This document shows positions 36,929 to 46,885 of a stretch of 59,448 nt of DNA, piece by piece. A program made the position numbers and the translations under genes. Origin of the DNA: a virus. The stretch lies in IMG/VR virus record IMGVR_UViG_3300045988_164453, one strand, 5' to 3'. How positions within the stretch are numbered: position 1 is the stretch's first letter; each line of letters opens with the position of its first letter. The notes below the pieces were generated by a model. It saw nothing but the letters and a program-made list of their open reading frames with translations. It was not told the origin of the DNA and did no database searches.

Positions 36929-37492
36929 TTAATTCTCTAATAATTTTGAAATATCTACAATAGCTTTGTCCACTATTGGCAAAGTAGGATCATCAGCTTC
37001 TATTGTTATATTTCTTAATTCATTAAGTTGTAAATGTAATTCTTTCATTAATTCATATTCTGTTGGTTCGCTATCCGGATTATCCAACGGACCAGTATAT
37101 TGTGAATATTTAATATCATCAAAATCAAGATGTATCATGAAATCAAGTATTCTGCCTACTTCATCTGAATATATATTGCTTTCTATATCATCTACTGTCA
37201 GATAAGTATCATCTACAAATAAAGTCCTTCCAAATATTTTTTCAAGTCTATCACTGGCATCATATATATTTGTTATACTTTCTCCTGCTTGTTGTAGATA
37301 CTTTATTGATACTGATATAGTTCTTAGGTTAGATATTCTAGTTATAGCTGAACTTGAAATAGGCAATATTTGTACAAAAAAACAAGACTTATCAAAGCCT
37401 TGCGTATTGTCATCTTCTATATATACATCTTGCGGAAAATTTTCTGCTACTGCTTTCGTAGTAGCGAATAATATACTTTTTAGAGGTATCAT
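36929..37492 (-). CDS. Tail terminator/completion protein (XkdJ-like position)
   Basis: 187 aa; FPQDVYIEDDNTQGFDKSCFFVQILP. Confidence 0.5.
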   Translation of the reverse strand: MIPLKSILFATTKAVAENFPQDVYIEDDNTQGFDKSCFFVQILPISSSAITRISNLRTISVSIKYLQQAGESITNIYDASDRLEKIFGRTLFVDDTYLTVDDIESNIYSDEVGRILDFMIHLDFDDIKYSQYTGPLDNPDSEPTEYELMKELHLQLNELRNITIEADDPTLPIVDKAIVDISKLLEN

Positions 37493-37503
37493 TTAATCAC
37501 CTC

Positions 37504-37658
37504 CTATTTGAAGCCATATTTTTTAAATAGCTTTTCCAAATCTTCTATAAATTTTTTTTCAGTTTTTTCAAAGGTTTTTTTCAACATATAAGCTCCTTCA
37601 GCTACTCCTTTAACTTTTCCATCTCTCCCTACAATTCTATGTCCATATTCAACATATA
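37504..37658 (-). CDS. HK97-gp10-like head-tail protein, exon 2
   Basis: Reads (L)YVEYGHRIVGRDGKVKGVAEGAYMLKKTFEK...KKYGFK with stop at 37504. It has no start or RBS of its own. Confidence 0.75.
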
Positions 37659-37941
37659 CATTTGTTATTAACCATAGGCTTTTTATCCTATGCTCTGGAG
37701 GTTTCCCTCATTTTCATCAGTTGGTCTATTCCAACCCAGCTTGGCGTACATTTTCAATCCAATAAAAAAGCAACCCTTATTGGATTGCTCGGCACTCTTG
37801 GTAAGATTATATTTATTCACTTACTACGCTCTACGCTGGATACTAACCTTTCGCAATCTAGTATCTTAGCACGATGTTAGCATATATAATTATACTTAGC
37901 CTTCTTCGTATTTGCCGAGTTTTACATGGGCTATATGCTTA
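37659..37941 (-). mobile_element. ORF-less group I intron (283 nt) in the gp10-like gene
   Basis: 5' splice site after U of AUGGGU, pairing with GCCCAU (U.G wobble). P3-like CTCGGCA/TGCCGAG. 11-bp hairpin CAATCCAATAA/TTATTGGATTG. GAGG-GAAA-CCTC. Terminal G (..CAAAUG|UA). Confidence 0.75.
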
Positions 37942-38179
37942 ACCCATATTCTGTGTTATTATATAATCGAATATATAAATCTCCTTTTTTATATTTTAAT
38001 TGCCAACTTCTTCTTAATTGTCCTGTATCAACTGGAGTCTTCATCTTAGTTTTTGTAAATAAAGAAACTCCATGTTTTTTAATTAAATTTTCTAAATCTC
38101 CATAAAAATTATTTTGGATATTATTTATATCTTTTAAAAAGTTATCTATTCCTTTTATTTCAAAGTTGTAACCACTCAT
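37942..38179 (-). CDS. HK97-gp10-like head-tail protein, exon 1
   Basis: MSGYNFEIKG...TGQLRRSWQ...LYNNTEYG. The spliced junction gives NNTEYGLYVEYGH (130 aa total). Confidence 0.75.
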
Positions 38180-38532
38180 TATACTCTCACCTTCTTAGTG
38201 ACTGGAGTTTCTATATGAGATTTATATGGATAAGGTTCGCCGGCCTCAAATTCTTCTGTTCTTCCATTGTAAGTTATAACTAACTTATCTCCAACTTTAA
38301 TATCTACTGTAGGCCTACAGAATAGCTTATAAGCAGCTGAAATATAAGCTGACCCTACTTCTCCACCTGTTTGTACTTCATCCTTTTTATCTAGGGAACA
38401 TTGAAGGTTAGAATATTTTAATATTTCTTGCATAGTTGTAATCCCAGTATTAGGGTTTTTAACTTTTTCTTTTCTATATATATCCATGTTATCAAAATAC
38501 AGAGTTGCTATTATATCCGCTTCACTTGCCAT
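38179..38532 (-). CDS. Head closure / head-tail adaptor protein
   Basis: 117 aa; synteny between the connector and gp10-like genes. Confidence 0.6.
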   Translation of the reverse strand: MASEADIIATLYFDNMDIYRKEKVKNPNTGITTMQEILKYSNLQCSLDKKDEVQTGGEVGSAYISAAYKLFCRPTVDIKVGDKLVITYNGRTEEFEAGEPYPYKSHIETPVTKKVRV

Positions 38533-38543
38533 AATAACACCTC

Positions 38544-38957
38544 CTAAAATCTTAATTTTCTGTACTTATTAAGTATCTTCATTTCTTCGTCTGTTAATTC
38601 CGGGGATGTTTTTGTACTGGAATTGCTTATGCTTTCTGATGATACACTATCATAGTTGTATTCTATTCTTACAGAACCTCTAGTAATTGATTTTATCGCT
38701 CCTTGATTAGCTGGAGTAGAAGTTCCTGAGCCATCTATGTCTTCCCCTAGAGAAATTAGTTTATATGCTATTATATTAGCTACTTTGTCTTCTATAAATT
38801 CATTTATAGCATCTTGATCTATCTGTGGAAGAACTAAAAAATCTTCTATATTGCAATATCCTTTTACTCTTTTAGTAACTTTTTTTATATACAATTCTAT
38901 TAATGAGTCATAATCATTTTTAGTAATATTTAATAAAGCTTTTATATTTTCAAGCAT
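38544..38957 (-). CDS. gp6-like head-tail connector protein
   Basis: 137 aa; N-terminal LENIKALLNITKNDYDSLIELYI. Confidence 0.6.
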   Translation of the reverse strand: MLENIKALLNITKNDYDSLIELYIKKVTKRVKGYCNIEDFLVLPQIDQDAINEFIEDKVANIIAYKLISLGEDIDGSGTSTPANQGAIKSITRGSVRIEYNYDSVSSESISNSSTKTSPELTDEEMKILNKYRKLRF

Positions 38958-38972
38958 AATTTCACCTACAAT

Positions 38973-39005
38973 AAAAAAGGGAGGGCATTAATCCTCTCCC
39001 TTTTT
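38973..39005 (-). terminator. Hairpin terminator/attenuator after the major capsid gene region
   Basis: Minus strand GGGAGAGG-ATTAATG-CCCTCCC followed by TTTTTT. Confidence 0.5.
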
Positions 39006-39125
39006 AGCTTTTTTCTTTTTTAATTTAGCCTCTTCAATTAGTTCATATCCTCTTGATAGCAATACTTCTACTTGCTGTTTTGTTTCAACTATTCTATGAA
39101 CATTATCTTTTTTAAGCTCATACAT
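38988..39125 (-). CDS. Hypothetical small protein (45 aa)
   Basis: MYELKKDNVHRIVETKQQVEVLLSRGYELIEEAK...; GAAGGTG RBS. Confidence 0.4.
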   Translation of the reverse strand: MYELKKDNVHRIVETKQQVEVLLSRGYELIEEAKLKKKKAKKGED

Positions 39126-39141
39126 CTAGAACACCTTCAAT

Positions 39142-40086
39142 CTAACTAGATTTAGCATCTTTTATATTAGCAAATACTAAGTTTTTCTTGTTATCTAACA
39201 CCCATAATTCATGATATCTTCTATAATCCATCACCCAAGCGTTTGCATTTTGGTTTGTATCTGGGTCAAATATTCTCATTTTATCTTGTTTTGTTACTGC
39301 TATTGGTACTTCTCTTGGAACTATTATAAAGTTAACATCTAATGCTTTTGCTGCTTTTGCATATCCTCCTGCTGTTTGAGTTGAAGTAGTTCCATCATTT
39401 AAAGTTATTGCTGAGTACATTCTGTTAGCTGGAGTTTTTATTATCGCGCATCCATCTACTGCTGGGACTTGAGTGTTTACGCCACCTTGTGAGAAAGTTA
39501 CTGCCGCTAGCTTTCCTGCCATGGCTAATTCTAATTCTGTAACTGTATCATAGTTAGCATGTATTACTAATTCTCCTTGATATCCATTTTCTCTTATTAC
39601 TTTTATGCCAGCTTTTATTTTAGTTAGTACTGTATCTTTTGCTGGAGTATATCCATATTCAACATTTGTGTCATTAGCTACACCTATTGCTGTAGTAGCT
39701 AATTTAGACAATCTATATGCATCAACCTCTGGTACTACTTTTTCAGTTTGAAATACATTCATTACATTTGTAGCAGTTGCAACAAAGTTAGTTTCATCTA
39801 CATCCATTGCATCTAATTGAAATTTACGTCCTCTGTCTTGACTCATAGTATATGTTTTATAAGATAATGTTACCGCTCCTTGAACATATCCTGCTCCAGC
39901 ATCACTTCTATTATAATCAGCTAAACCATCAACTGACATTTGAGGTATTTTAACTTCATTCCCTCCAACATATTTAACTTGTCCTGCATTTGAGTCCATC
40001 CATCCTGTTAATAAAGTGTGTATTGCTTTTTGATCTAAAGCTTGTTGTAATATTTGTGCATAAGCTAATGTATTTATAGCTGTCAT
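39142..40086 (-). CDS. Major capsid protein
   Basis: 314 aa, located after the scaffold gene; MTAINTLAYAQILQQALDQKA... Confidence 0.8.
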   Translation of the reverse strand: MTAINTLAYAQILQQALDQKAIHTLLTGWMDSNAGQVKYVGGNEVKIPQMSVDGLADYNRSDAGAGYVQGAVTLSYKTYTMSQDRGRKFQLDAMDVDETNFVATATNVMNVFQTEKVVPEVDAYRLSKLATTAIGVANDTNVEYGYTPAKDTVLTKIKAGIKVIRENGYQGELVIHANYDTVTELELAMAGKLAAVTFSQGGVNTQVPAVDGCAIIKTPANRMYSAITLNDGTTSTQTAGGYAKAAKALDVNFIIVPREVPIAVTKQDKMRIFDPDTNQNANAWVMDYRRYHELWVLDNKKNLVFANIKDAKSS

Positions 40087-40112
40087 GTTTATCCTCTCCT
40101 TTTAAATTTAAT

Positions 40113-40730
40113 TTATAGCCCCAAAATAGAATTGACTTGGGACAACATTGAATCTACATCTCCTGTATTAGTTCCCTTAGGTGTATATTGATACGTTTGT
40201 ATATTTGAATTATTTTTAGGTGGTTCAGTCATTTTGAACGCTCCTTCATCACTCTTTTTAAGTTCTTCTATGAATTTAGAAGCATCTTCACTAAATTTAC
40301 CATCTTTTAATTCAAATTTCTTTTCTTTAAATTTGCTAAGTATAGCTTCTTTAGCAAAGTTACTTGTAAAATCAATCTTGTTATCATCGAAATAATTATT
40401 TATAGCTTCTGTGTATTCTCTATCACTTTGAGCTTGTTTTAAGCTCTCTAGTTCTTTTGAATATTCCTCTGCCTTTTCAGCTTTCTTTTGCATTTCTTTG
40501 AATTCTTTTTCTTTATCAGCATATTTTTGTTTCAATTCTTCTTCTTTTTTAGATATAGCATCTTGTATAGCTTTTTCTGAATCAACAGTTTTAGCTTTAA
40601 GTTCTTTTATCTCAGAAGCGTAATCTTCTATTTCAGATTTATATCTTTCGATATCCTTGCCATGTTCGCTCATGATTTTATCTATAACTTCACTATCTAT
40701 TCCTAACTCTTTTAAAAAAATTCTTTTCAT
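40113..40730 (-). CDS. Scaffolding protein
   Basis: 205 aa, highly charged coiled coil, immediately upstream of the capsid gene. Confidence 0.7.
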   Translation of the reverse strand: MKRIFLKELGIDSEVIDKIMSEHGKDIERYKSEIEDYASEIKELKAKTVDSEKAIQDAISKKEEELKQKYADKEKEFKEMQKKAEKAEEYSKELESLKQAQSDREYTEAINNYFDDNKIDFTSNFAKEAILSKFKEKKFELKDGKFSEDASKFIEELKKSDEGAFKMTEPPKNNSNIQTYQYTPKGTNTGDVDSMLSQVNSILGL

Positions 40731-40972
40731 TTTAATACCTCCATAATTTACGTTTTTATACGACTTTTACTTGTCGAATTATTTTAGCAACATTTACTTC
40801 TTTTACGTCTAGTAAATACTAAAAAAGACAATGAATAATAGGTTATTTGTTCTTTTACGCCTACAAATAATGAAAAAGGCAATAAAAATAAGCCCTATAA
40901 GGACTTTAATTTTTCGATATTAGATAAGGCTATCATTAATTTTCCAACCAACATAGTTATTTTTTCATTATT

Positions 40973-41998
40973 TTAAGTATTTTCAATATATTTTTTCTTC
41001 CATTCATTAAATGTCATATTGCTTGGTATCTCAATTCTTTTTCCATTCTTATCTCTTGCAAATCTTGTGCTATTTTCATCATCTTCATCTTCATAGTACA
41101 ATAAAGAAGTGCATCTACACGAAGGATGCAGCGGGCTGCAATTTTTACCAGGTATCATATCTTTTACATTGAATATTTTTAAATCTAAATTACCACAAAC
41201 TTTACAAGTTCTTTCATCTGGAGTAGCAAGAAATTGATATTTTTCAACTTTTAAATCTTCATAAGTAATTTTATTAGCTTGTTCCATAACATAACTATGC
41301 TCTGTCTGTACTAATCTGACTGCATTTTTATAGCTTGCATTCATTCTAGTAGCAACTCTTTGTGATACTTTTTTACTACTCTCTCCTCTGATTAACATCT
41401 GTGTTATTTCTTCTTTGATTGTTTTACTTAGCTGTTGTTTATTATTCCATATTCTGCCCGAATAATTGTTGCCACTCCACTCATAACTCAAAACTCTTTC
41501 AATAGTTTTATTATCTATTCCGCTGAAGTTTGCTAAAAATCCTTTTTCTTTACTTATGTTATATACATTTTTATAATAATCATCTTTAAGAGTTTGTGTT
41601 AAGAGCTTCTTAGTGCCTTTTTCAGCTTCTATATTTAGTTTATTGAGTTGTTTATCAATCTCATACTGTAAAGCCTCTAGCCTTGTTATCCTACTTTTCA
41701 TAGCTAAAGTATTAAGCTCTAATAATAGCTCCGGATTATCTTCAATCATTTCAAGATATCCTTTTATATCAGTTCTCCATATTTTAAACTCATTTCCTGT
41801 TAAATATTTAGTTGCTTCTGCATAAGTTAATTGATTATCTTTTGCATATTTTTCAAATAGATTATTAATTTCTTTTTCTATTTCTTTATTTGCTAGTTTA
41901 TAATGATGTTCTAATTCTTTAGCTAAATTATTACAATCCTTAATGCCTTTATTGAGTTTCTGATTTTCTCTATCTATCCAATACTGTTTACTATTCAT
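40973..41998 (-). CDS. Head morphogenesis protein (SPP1 gp7 / Mu F-like)
   Basis: YSGRIWNNKQQL..., VQTEHSYV, DERTCKVCGNLD...PLHPSCRC. ATG at 41998 overlaps the portal stop. Confidence 0.8.
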   Translation of the reverse strand: MNSKQYWIDRENQKLNKGIKDCNNLAKELEHHYKLANKEIEKEINNLFEKYAKDNQLTYAEATKYLTGNEFKIWRTDIKGYLEMIEDNPELLLELNTLAMKSRITRLEALQYEIDKQLNKLNIEAEKGTKKLLTQTLKDDYYKNVYNISKEKGFLANFSGIDNKTIERVLSYEWSGNNYSGRIWNNKQQLSKTIKEEITQMLIRGESSKKVSQRVATRMNASYKNAVRLVQTEHSYVMEQANKITYEDLKVEKYQFLATPDERTCKVCGNLDLKIFNVKDMIPGKNCSPLHPSCRCTSLLYYEDEDDENSTRFARDKNGKRIEIPSNMTFNEWKKKYIENT

Positions 41999-43382
41999 TA
42001 TCTTCTTCACCTACTTCAGCAGGTTTTTCTTGTTGCATTTCATAAGGTTGTTCAAATATCGACTCTTCTTGTTGTTTTTCTTCATCTAATCTTTCCTCTT
42101 CTTTTACTGTATCTTCTACCCAAGGGTGATTTTCTAGTATTGTTTTCTTAGATATTATTCCAGTAGACATTTGAGCTATTTGTGCTGCTTCTAAATCATT
42201 AGATATCATATTTCTAGTATAAGTCTGAGCTATTTTATAATTTTCTGTTATTCCTAAAAATTTTAAAATAGCCTTTATTAAATGATTTATAGATGTTCTA
42301 AATTCAGTTTCTAATAAACCAGATTTTAATTCTAACTTTCTATAGTAAAATTTAAGAGCGACTCCACTTACACTTCCTGTAACTTCTATATCTTGTTGTA
42401 ATCCTTGTCCAGATTCATATATTTGCTTTTTAAGATATTCTATAAGTACATTTCTAGCTTCAACAGGTATATCTATACTTAATGTAGACAATCCTCCACT
42501 GTTTCCATCAATAGATTCTGTTTTTACAGTTTTATATCTTTTTAAATCTGATAGAAATTCATTCAAATCAGTTCCGCCATAATTCTCAAGTATATATATT
42601 ATTTGTTGTATGTCTTCTATATCATTAGCAAATCCACTAACAACAACATCTTTTAAATCCAATAAACTTTTAATTTTTTCTAAGTCACTTTGTTTTTCTT
42701 TGTTATTAGAAAATTCGATAAACGGAACATCTCCTAAGGTATGTGTTATATCTTCACTTTCTTCTATTGGAGTATTAGTGAAGCTATCTTTCATTTTCCA
42801 TCTAATCATTTTATTATCTGTCCAATATTCAATATAAGCATATGTAATTTCATCTAATTGATTTAAAACTTCTTCTTTTACTTTGTAATATCTAATTATG
42901 TTTTTTAGCTTTCTTTCTAATCCATTATCATATACTGGTATAATTTCTTCTGTATTTACTACTTCATATTTAAATTTACTCTCTTTTGTATCTTCATCTA
43001 TTTCAATCCAATAATGCATCCATGCAGTTCCACAATTACTTGCCTCTATTCCAATATTTTTTAATTTTCTTTCAAATCCATCACCTAAACTTTGATTAAC
43101 TTTTTCATTAATTTCTTCATTATCTTCTATATCAATTATAGGAGGGTATGTAAATAGGTATGATATTTTTTCATCTACTAGTATTTGATGAATATTATGT
43201 GGTATTCGATTATCTGCATTTCTTAATGGATCTTTACCTTCTCTTTTTGGTATTATTCCTTTAAGTAAAATATCATTTTTATTATTATAATAGTTTTTGG
43301 CAGTTCTTATCGTATCTACTTTGCTTTGATTGTTTAATATTTTAGCCTGTATTCTTTGTAAAAGTAACCCATCTTCTAACAT
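41991..43382 (-). CDS. Portal protein (SPP1 gp6-like)
   Basis: 463 aa; ATG at 43382 after GGAGGTG; follows the terminase large subunit. Confidence 0.8.
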   Translation of the reverse strand: MLEDGLLLQRIQAKILNNQSKVDTIRTAKNYYNNKNDILLKGIIPKREGKDPLRNADNRIPHNIHQILVDEKISYLFTYPPIIDIEDNEEINEKVNQSLGDGFERKLKNIGIEASNCGTAWMHYWIEIDEDTKESKFKYEVVNTEEIIPVYDNGLERKLKNIIRYYKVKEEVLNQLDEITYAYIEYWTDNKMIRWKMKDSFTNTPIEESEDITHTLGDVPFIEFSNNKEKQSDLEKIKSLLDLKDVVVSGFANDIEDIQQIIYILENYGGTDLNEFLSDLKRYKTVKTESIDGNSGGLSTLSIDIPVEARNVLIEYLKKQIYESGQGLQQDIEVTGSVSGVALKFYYRKLELKSGLLETEFRTSINHLIKAILKFLGITENYKIAQTYTRNMISNDLEAAQIAQMSTGIISKKTILENHPWVEDTVKEEERLDEEKQQEESIFEQPYEMQQEKPAEVGEEDNE

Positions 43383-43394
43383 TTTTATCACCTC

Positions 43395-44651
43395 CTATTT
43401 AAATACTTGTATATTGTTTTTAACTTTCATTTCATTTTCTAATGCATATCTAGTGGCATCAATCGAATGGTTATCCTTATCTTCTAGTTTAGATATTGTA
43501 TTGCCATCCCTATCAGTTTGATAATCTATATTTTCAAATTCTCGTGCTGTATTTGGTGTTCTTTTACTATCTATAACAATTGCTTCTAAATCATCTAGCC
43601 AATTTTCCCCAAACTCCACTGAACCTGGTCCTTTCTTAGCCCTTGTTGCTTTTATCCCATATTCTCTAAGCTCTGCTATGCTACGTGGTTCAGATGCATC
43701 GCAAGTTACCGGGAAATCATCATATTTCTTTAATTTAATTTTTGAAGCTAATTCTCTAATAGACATTTTAACTCCATAAATTTCATCTATAAAATATAAC
43801 ATTCTCTTTTTACTATCGTAGTGTATTCTAACAAATGCCATAGGGTCTGTAGCATATCCAAAGTCATTTCCTTGTTTAATATTATCAAAAGATTTTATTT
43901 CTTCATCTGTTATTCTTCTAAACTCCAAATTAGAAAAAGGAACTACTCCTGAGCCTATAGGTTCTCCTAAATATTCCCATCTATATTTAAATTCGTTTTT
44001 CTTTTTTACTTCCTCAGCTTCATCAATAAATGCTTTTGATATATGAGGATTATCTAAATAAGTACTATGATGGATATATGTATTATCTGCAACGAATTGC
44101 GTTTCAAATTTTTTATTGACCCATGATTGCTTTCTCTTAGGTGGATTATAAGAATATATAACTTTATAACTTAATTCTTTTGGTAATTCTGCTCTTAATA
44201 CCGAATTAATTATTATTGACACTTCATCTTCGGATTTGAATTCTGCCAGCTCTTCTATCCATACAAAGCTTATAGGATATTTACTCATTTTAATTGATTT
44301 AATTTTTGTTGGATCATCTGCCCCTCTAAATATAAAACTGTTTCCTCTAGGAATGTATATTAATTTAAGCGGAGACTTTTGTATTCTCCATACATGATTA
44401 ACGCCTAATATATCTATAGCCTCTTTTAACTGTTCAAATACTGACTCAGCTAATGTATTACCAACTTTTCTGATACATAGACAAGTTACTGGATATTTCA
44501 TTAATGCTAGTACTAACCATAGCGATACATGAGTTGATTTAGCGGATGCTCTGCCACCTTTTAATACATGAAATAGATATTTATTAGAGTTAATTGTTTT
44601 CCAAAATTCATAAAAGTTTTTATTTATAATTTCTGATATTCTTTTATTCAT
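43395..44651 (-). CDS. terL: Terminase large subunit (PBSX XtmB-like)
   Basis: 418 aa; Walker A LKGGRASAKST; overlaps the small-subunit stop. Confidence 0.85.
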   Translation of the reverse strand: MNKRISEIINKNFYEFWKTINSNKYLFHVLKGGRASAKSTHVSLWLVLALMKYPVTCLCIRKVGNTLAESVFEQLKEAIDILGVNHVWRIQKSPLKLIYIPRGNSFIFRGADDPTKIKSIKMSKYPISFVWIEELAEFKSEDEVSIIINSVLRAELPKELSYKVIYSYNPPKRKQSWVNKKFETQFVADNTYIHHSTYLDNPHISKAFIDEAEEVKKKNEFKYRWEYLGEPIGSGVVPFSNLEFRRITDEEIKSFDNIKQGNDFGYATDPMAFVRIHYDSKKRMLYFIDEIYGVKMSIRELASKIKLKKYDDFPVTCDASEPRSIAELREYGIKATRAKKGPGSVEFGENWLDDLEAIVIDSKRTPNTAREFENIDYQTDRDGNTISKLEDKDNHSIDATRYALENEMKVKNNIQVFK

Positions 44652-45099
44652 CTTCTAAGCTTCCTATATCATCAATTATTGTTACTCCTACATTTCCATT
44701 TAAATCAACTTTTTCAGTAAATAACGAATATCTTTTCCCGAGAAGCTCAGCGCACTTATTCGCATCTTTTATAGATATTTTCTTTTTTATAATTTGAGGT
44801 TCAGATGTGTAATCTCCAGTATTAACCATAACAACTACTTCTTCCTCTAATTCTTGTCGCATTCCTTTCGTTAAGTATCTTAGCACTTCTTTAGCATCTG
44901 CTATTCTATCTTCTTCTATTTGTTTCATTTTATCATCAATATATTTTTTAACCGAGTAATTTCCGAGTAACTTTCGAGCATTAGCTTCTGCCACTTCTCT
45001 CTTAGTAACTTTATATCCAGCCTTTATATATGCTTCTGTAGCATTGCCAAGCTCAATATAATAATCGGCAAATGCTTTTTGTTTTATAGTAAGCTTCAC
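44644..45099 (-). CDS. terS: Terminase small subunit
   Basis: KLTIKQKAFADYYIELGNATEAYIKAGY; GTG start after GGGAGGTGG. Confidence 0.8.
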   Translation of the reverse strand: MKLTIKQKAFADYYIELGNATEAYIKAGYKVTKREVAEANARKLLGNYSVKKYIDDKMKQIEEDRIADAKEVLRYLTKGMRQELEEEVVVMVNTGDYTSEPQIIKKKISIKDANKCAELLGKRYSLFTEKVDLNGNVGVTIIDDIGSLEDE

Positions 45100-45124
45100 A
45101 ATGCCACCTCCCTATTAATATTTT

Positions 45125-45370
45125 TCAATAATCACCATTAATAAATCCTTCAAACTCTTCATCATTAGCTATAACTCCAAAGTAATAGCACTCGTGTCCA
45201 AAATAAATATGAAATAAAGGCACAAAACAATATATAATGCATTTCACAGTAGACATATTTGCCACACATCGCAATCCTTGGTCTGCTAAATATTCATTGA
45301 TTCTTAGAAAATATAATACAAATGATATTAACGATACTGCTACAAATGCTAAATATATTTTAAATATCAT
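45125..45370 (-). CDS. Small membrane protein (81 aa)
   Basis: Two hydrophobic helices. Confidence 0.5.
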   Translation of the reverse strand: MIFKIYLAFVAVSLISFVLYFLRINEYLADQGLRCVANMSTVKCIIYCFVPLFHIYFGHECYYFGVIANDEEFEGFINGDY

Positions 45371-45371
45371 T

Positions 45372-45806
45372 TTATTTGCTCCTTTTACTATTTATATTTT
45401 TATTTCTATATTTTAGCTTTCTTTTGTCCGACTTAGCTTCTATTAATTCCTGAACTAATCTTATATATTTTTCATCATTACTTACCCTCGCATGACTGGT
45501 CAATAGATACAAGTTTCTAGTTTTAGGCATCTTTTTTCTTATGCAGTTATCTATCACTGTTTTAGCGACATTAAAACCATATATGTGGGAATGCCCTTTT
45601 ATAAATGGCTTCTCAGTGTTATATACAACATATCCTTTCTTTACTGCCAGTATTATGTATTCTTTTCTTTCATACACTTTCTTTGCTCCATCCGTTTTAT
45701 CAAAGTTTGGTACTTCTTTCATAATGTCATCATATTTGTACAATTCCTTTGGAATTTCTATTGTAGGTTTTATAACTTCATCTATTTCCTTCCATCTTTT
45801 CACCAT
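45372..45806 (-). CDS. Hypothetical protein (144 aa), first gene after the long leader
   Basis: AAAGGTG RBS. Confidence 0.6.
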   Translation of the reverse strand: MVKRWKEIDEVIKPTIEIPKELYKYDDIMKEVPNFDKTDGAKKVYERKEYIILAVKKGYVVYNTEKPFIKGHSHIYGFNVAKTVIDNCIRKKMPKTRNLYLLTSHARVSNDEKYIRLVQELIEAKSDKRKLKYRNKNINSKRSK

Positions 45807-45828
45807 ATAATCACACCTTTTAACAAAA

Positions 45829-45858
45829 TAAAAAAGAACACTAAATTATTAGTGCTCT
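45829..45858 (-). terminator. Strong intrinsic terminator ~20 nt upstream of the first late-operon RBS
   Basis: Minus-strand RNA AGAGCACUAA-UAAU-UUAGUGUUCU followed by UUUUUU. Confidence 0.65.
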
Positions 45859-46456
45859 TTGTGGGAGTAATGAATAAAAACAATCATTAGAAGGTTTCCA
45901 GAGTTGCACTGGATAATACTCATACCTTCATATTGCACCCATTGATTTGGGTGCATTAAAATGGAATATAAAGTTTTAAAAAGTTTAAAATTAAAGATAT
46001 AGTTTAAATATAATGTAAAACAATAAGTAATTAATAATACTAATTAATATATAGATTTTTTAACACACAATATATATGAATATTTTGATTTTATCACGGT
46101 TTACTCCGGAGGTTTTTTACAATAGGCCTCTTATTGGTTTTATAGTGTTTCCTCACTCTACTGCTATGTTTTAATATATATATTAGTCGCCCTCATGAGT
46201 TGAACACGAGTATATACTTGTTTCATATATAGTCGACAATTTAATACTCCACTTGTATATAAATCCCATAGCAACATATTGAGGGAAGAGCACCTCTACT
46301 CTTATCCCTCGGCAGAAACTTAAATTAAATTTATGAGAATTTATTCTAAGTTCCTCTTACTCGCACACGATGGAAATATGCAATCAATTTACGTTTTTTC
46401 TACTATTCTTGATAATATGATATTATCATATTTCTTGTGGCCAAAGGTGTCCAACA

Positions 46457-46855
46457 TCATCTATCTAATAATTTATCAATTGCACTCTTATGTATTCTTC
46501 TTACTGTTCTATAGCTATAATTTATTTTACAACTTATCTCTTCAAATCTCTTATTATCAAAGTAAGCATATCTTATTACTGTTTTTTCTAATGGCTCTAA
46601 TATATCTAATGATTTTTCTATCTTGTACATTTTTTTTAATATTTTTCTTTGCTTTTTCATATAAAGTTTTATTACTTTCTCCATCTCTACTAATAATGCA
46701 TTTAATCTATCTAATTCACTTTGAGTTGACACCGGTAAATCTGTTATGATTTGTGATTTAATACTTGTTTTCTTTTCTTTTAAATACTCTAATTTATCTT
46801 CTATTGTTTCTAGTTCGATTTTCATTTCTTTGTATCTTTTTAAATCTTCCTTCAT
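46457..46855 (-). CDS. Sigma-70 region-4-like late transcription regulator (RinA/ArpU-type position)
   Basis: 132 aa; C-terminal LEPLEKTVIRYAYFDNKRFEEISCKINYSYRTVRRIHKSAIDKL. Confidence 0.6.
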   Translation of the reverse strand: MKEDLKRYKEMKIELETIEDKLEYLKEKKTSIKSQIITDLPVSTQSELDRLNALLVEMEKVIKLYMKKQRKILKKMYKIEKSLDILEPLEKTVIRYAYFDNKRFEEISCKINYSYRTVRRIHKSAIDKLLDR

Positions 46856-46885
46856 ACTCCCTCAACTCCTTATAAAATCAAACTT

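Noticed and set aside
37662-37880. 72-aa plus-strand ORF
   Set aside because: It lies antisense within the ORF-less group I intron. It has no RBS, and the region is better explained as structured RNA.
40731-40972. 240-nt gap between the head morphogenesis and scaffold genes, with cgtaaaagaa repeats
   Set aside because: It contains only a 19-codon ORF and weak hairpins. The evidence is insufficient for any feature call.
46333-46749. 138-aa plus-strand ORF
   Set aside because: It is antisense to the sigma-region-4-like gene, has hydrophobic low-complexity composition typical of shadow ORFs, and has no RBS.
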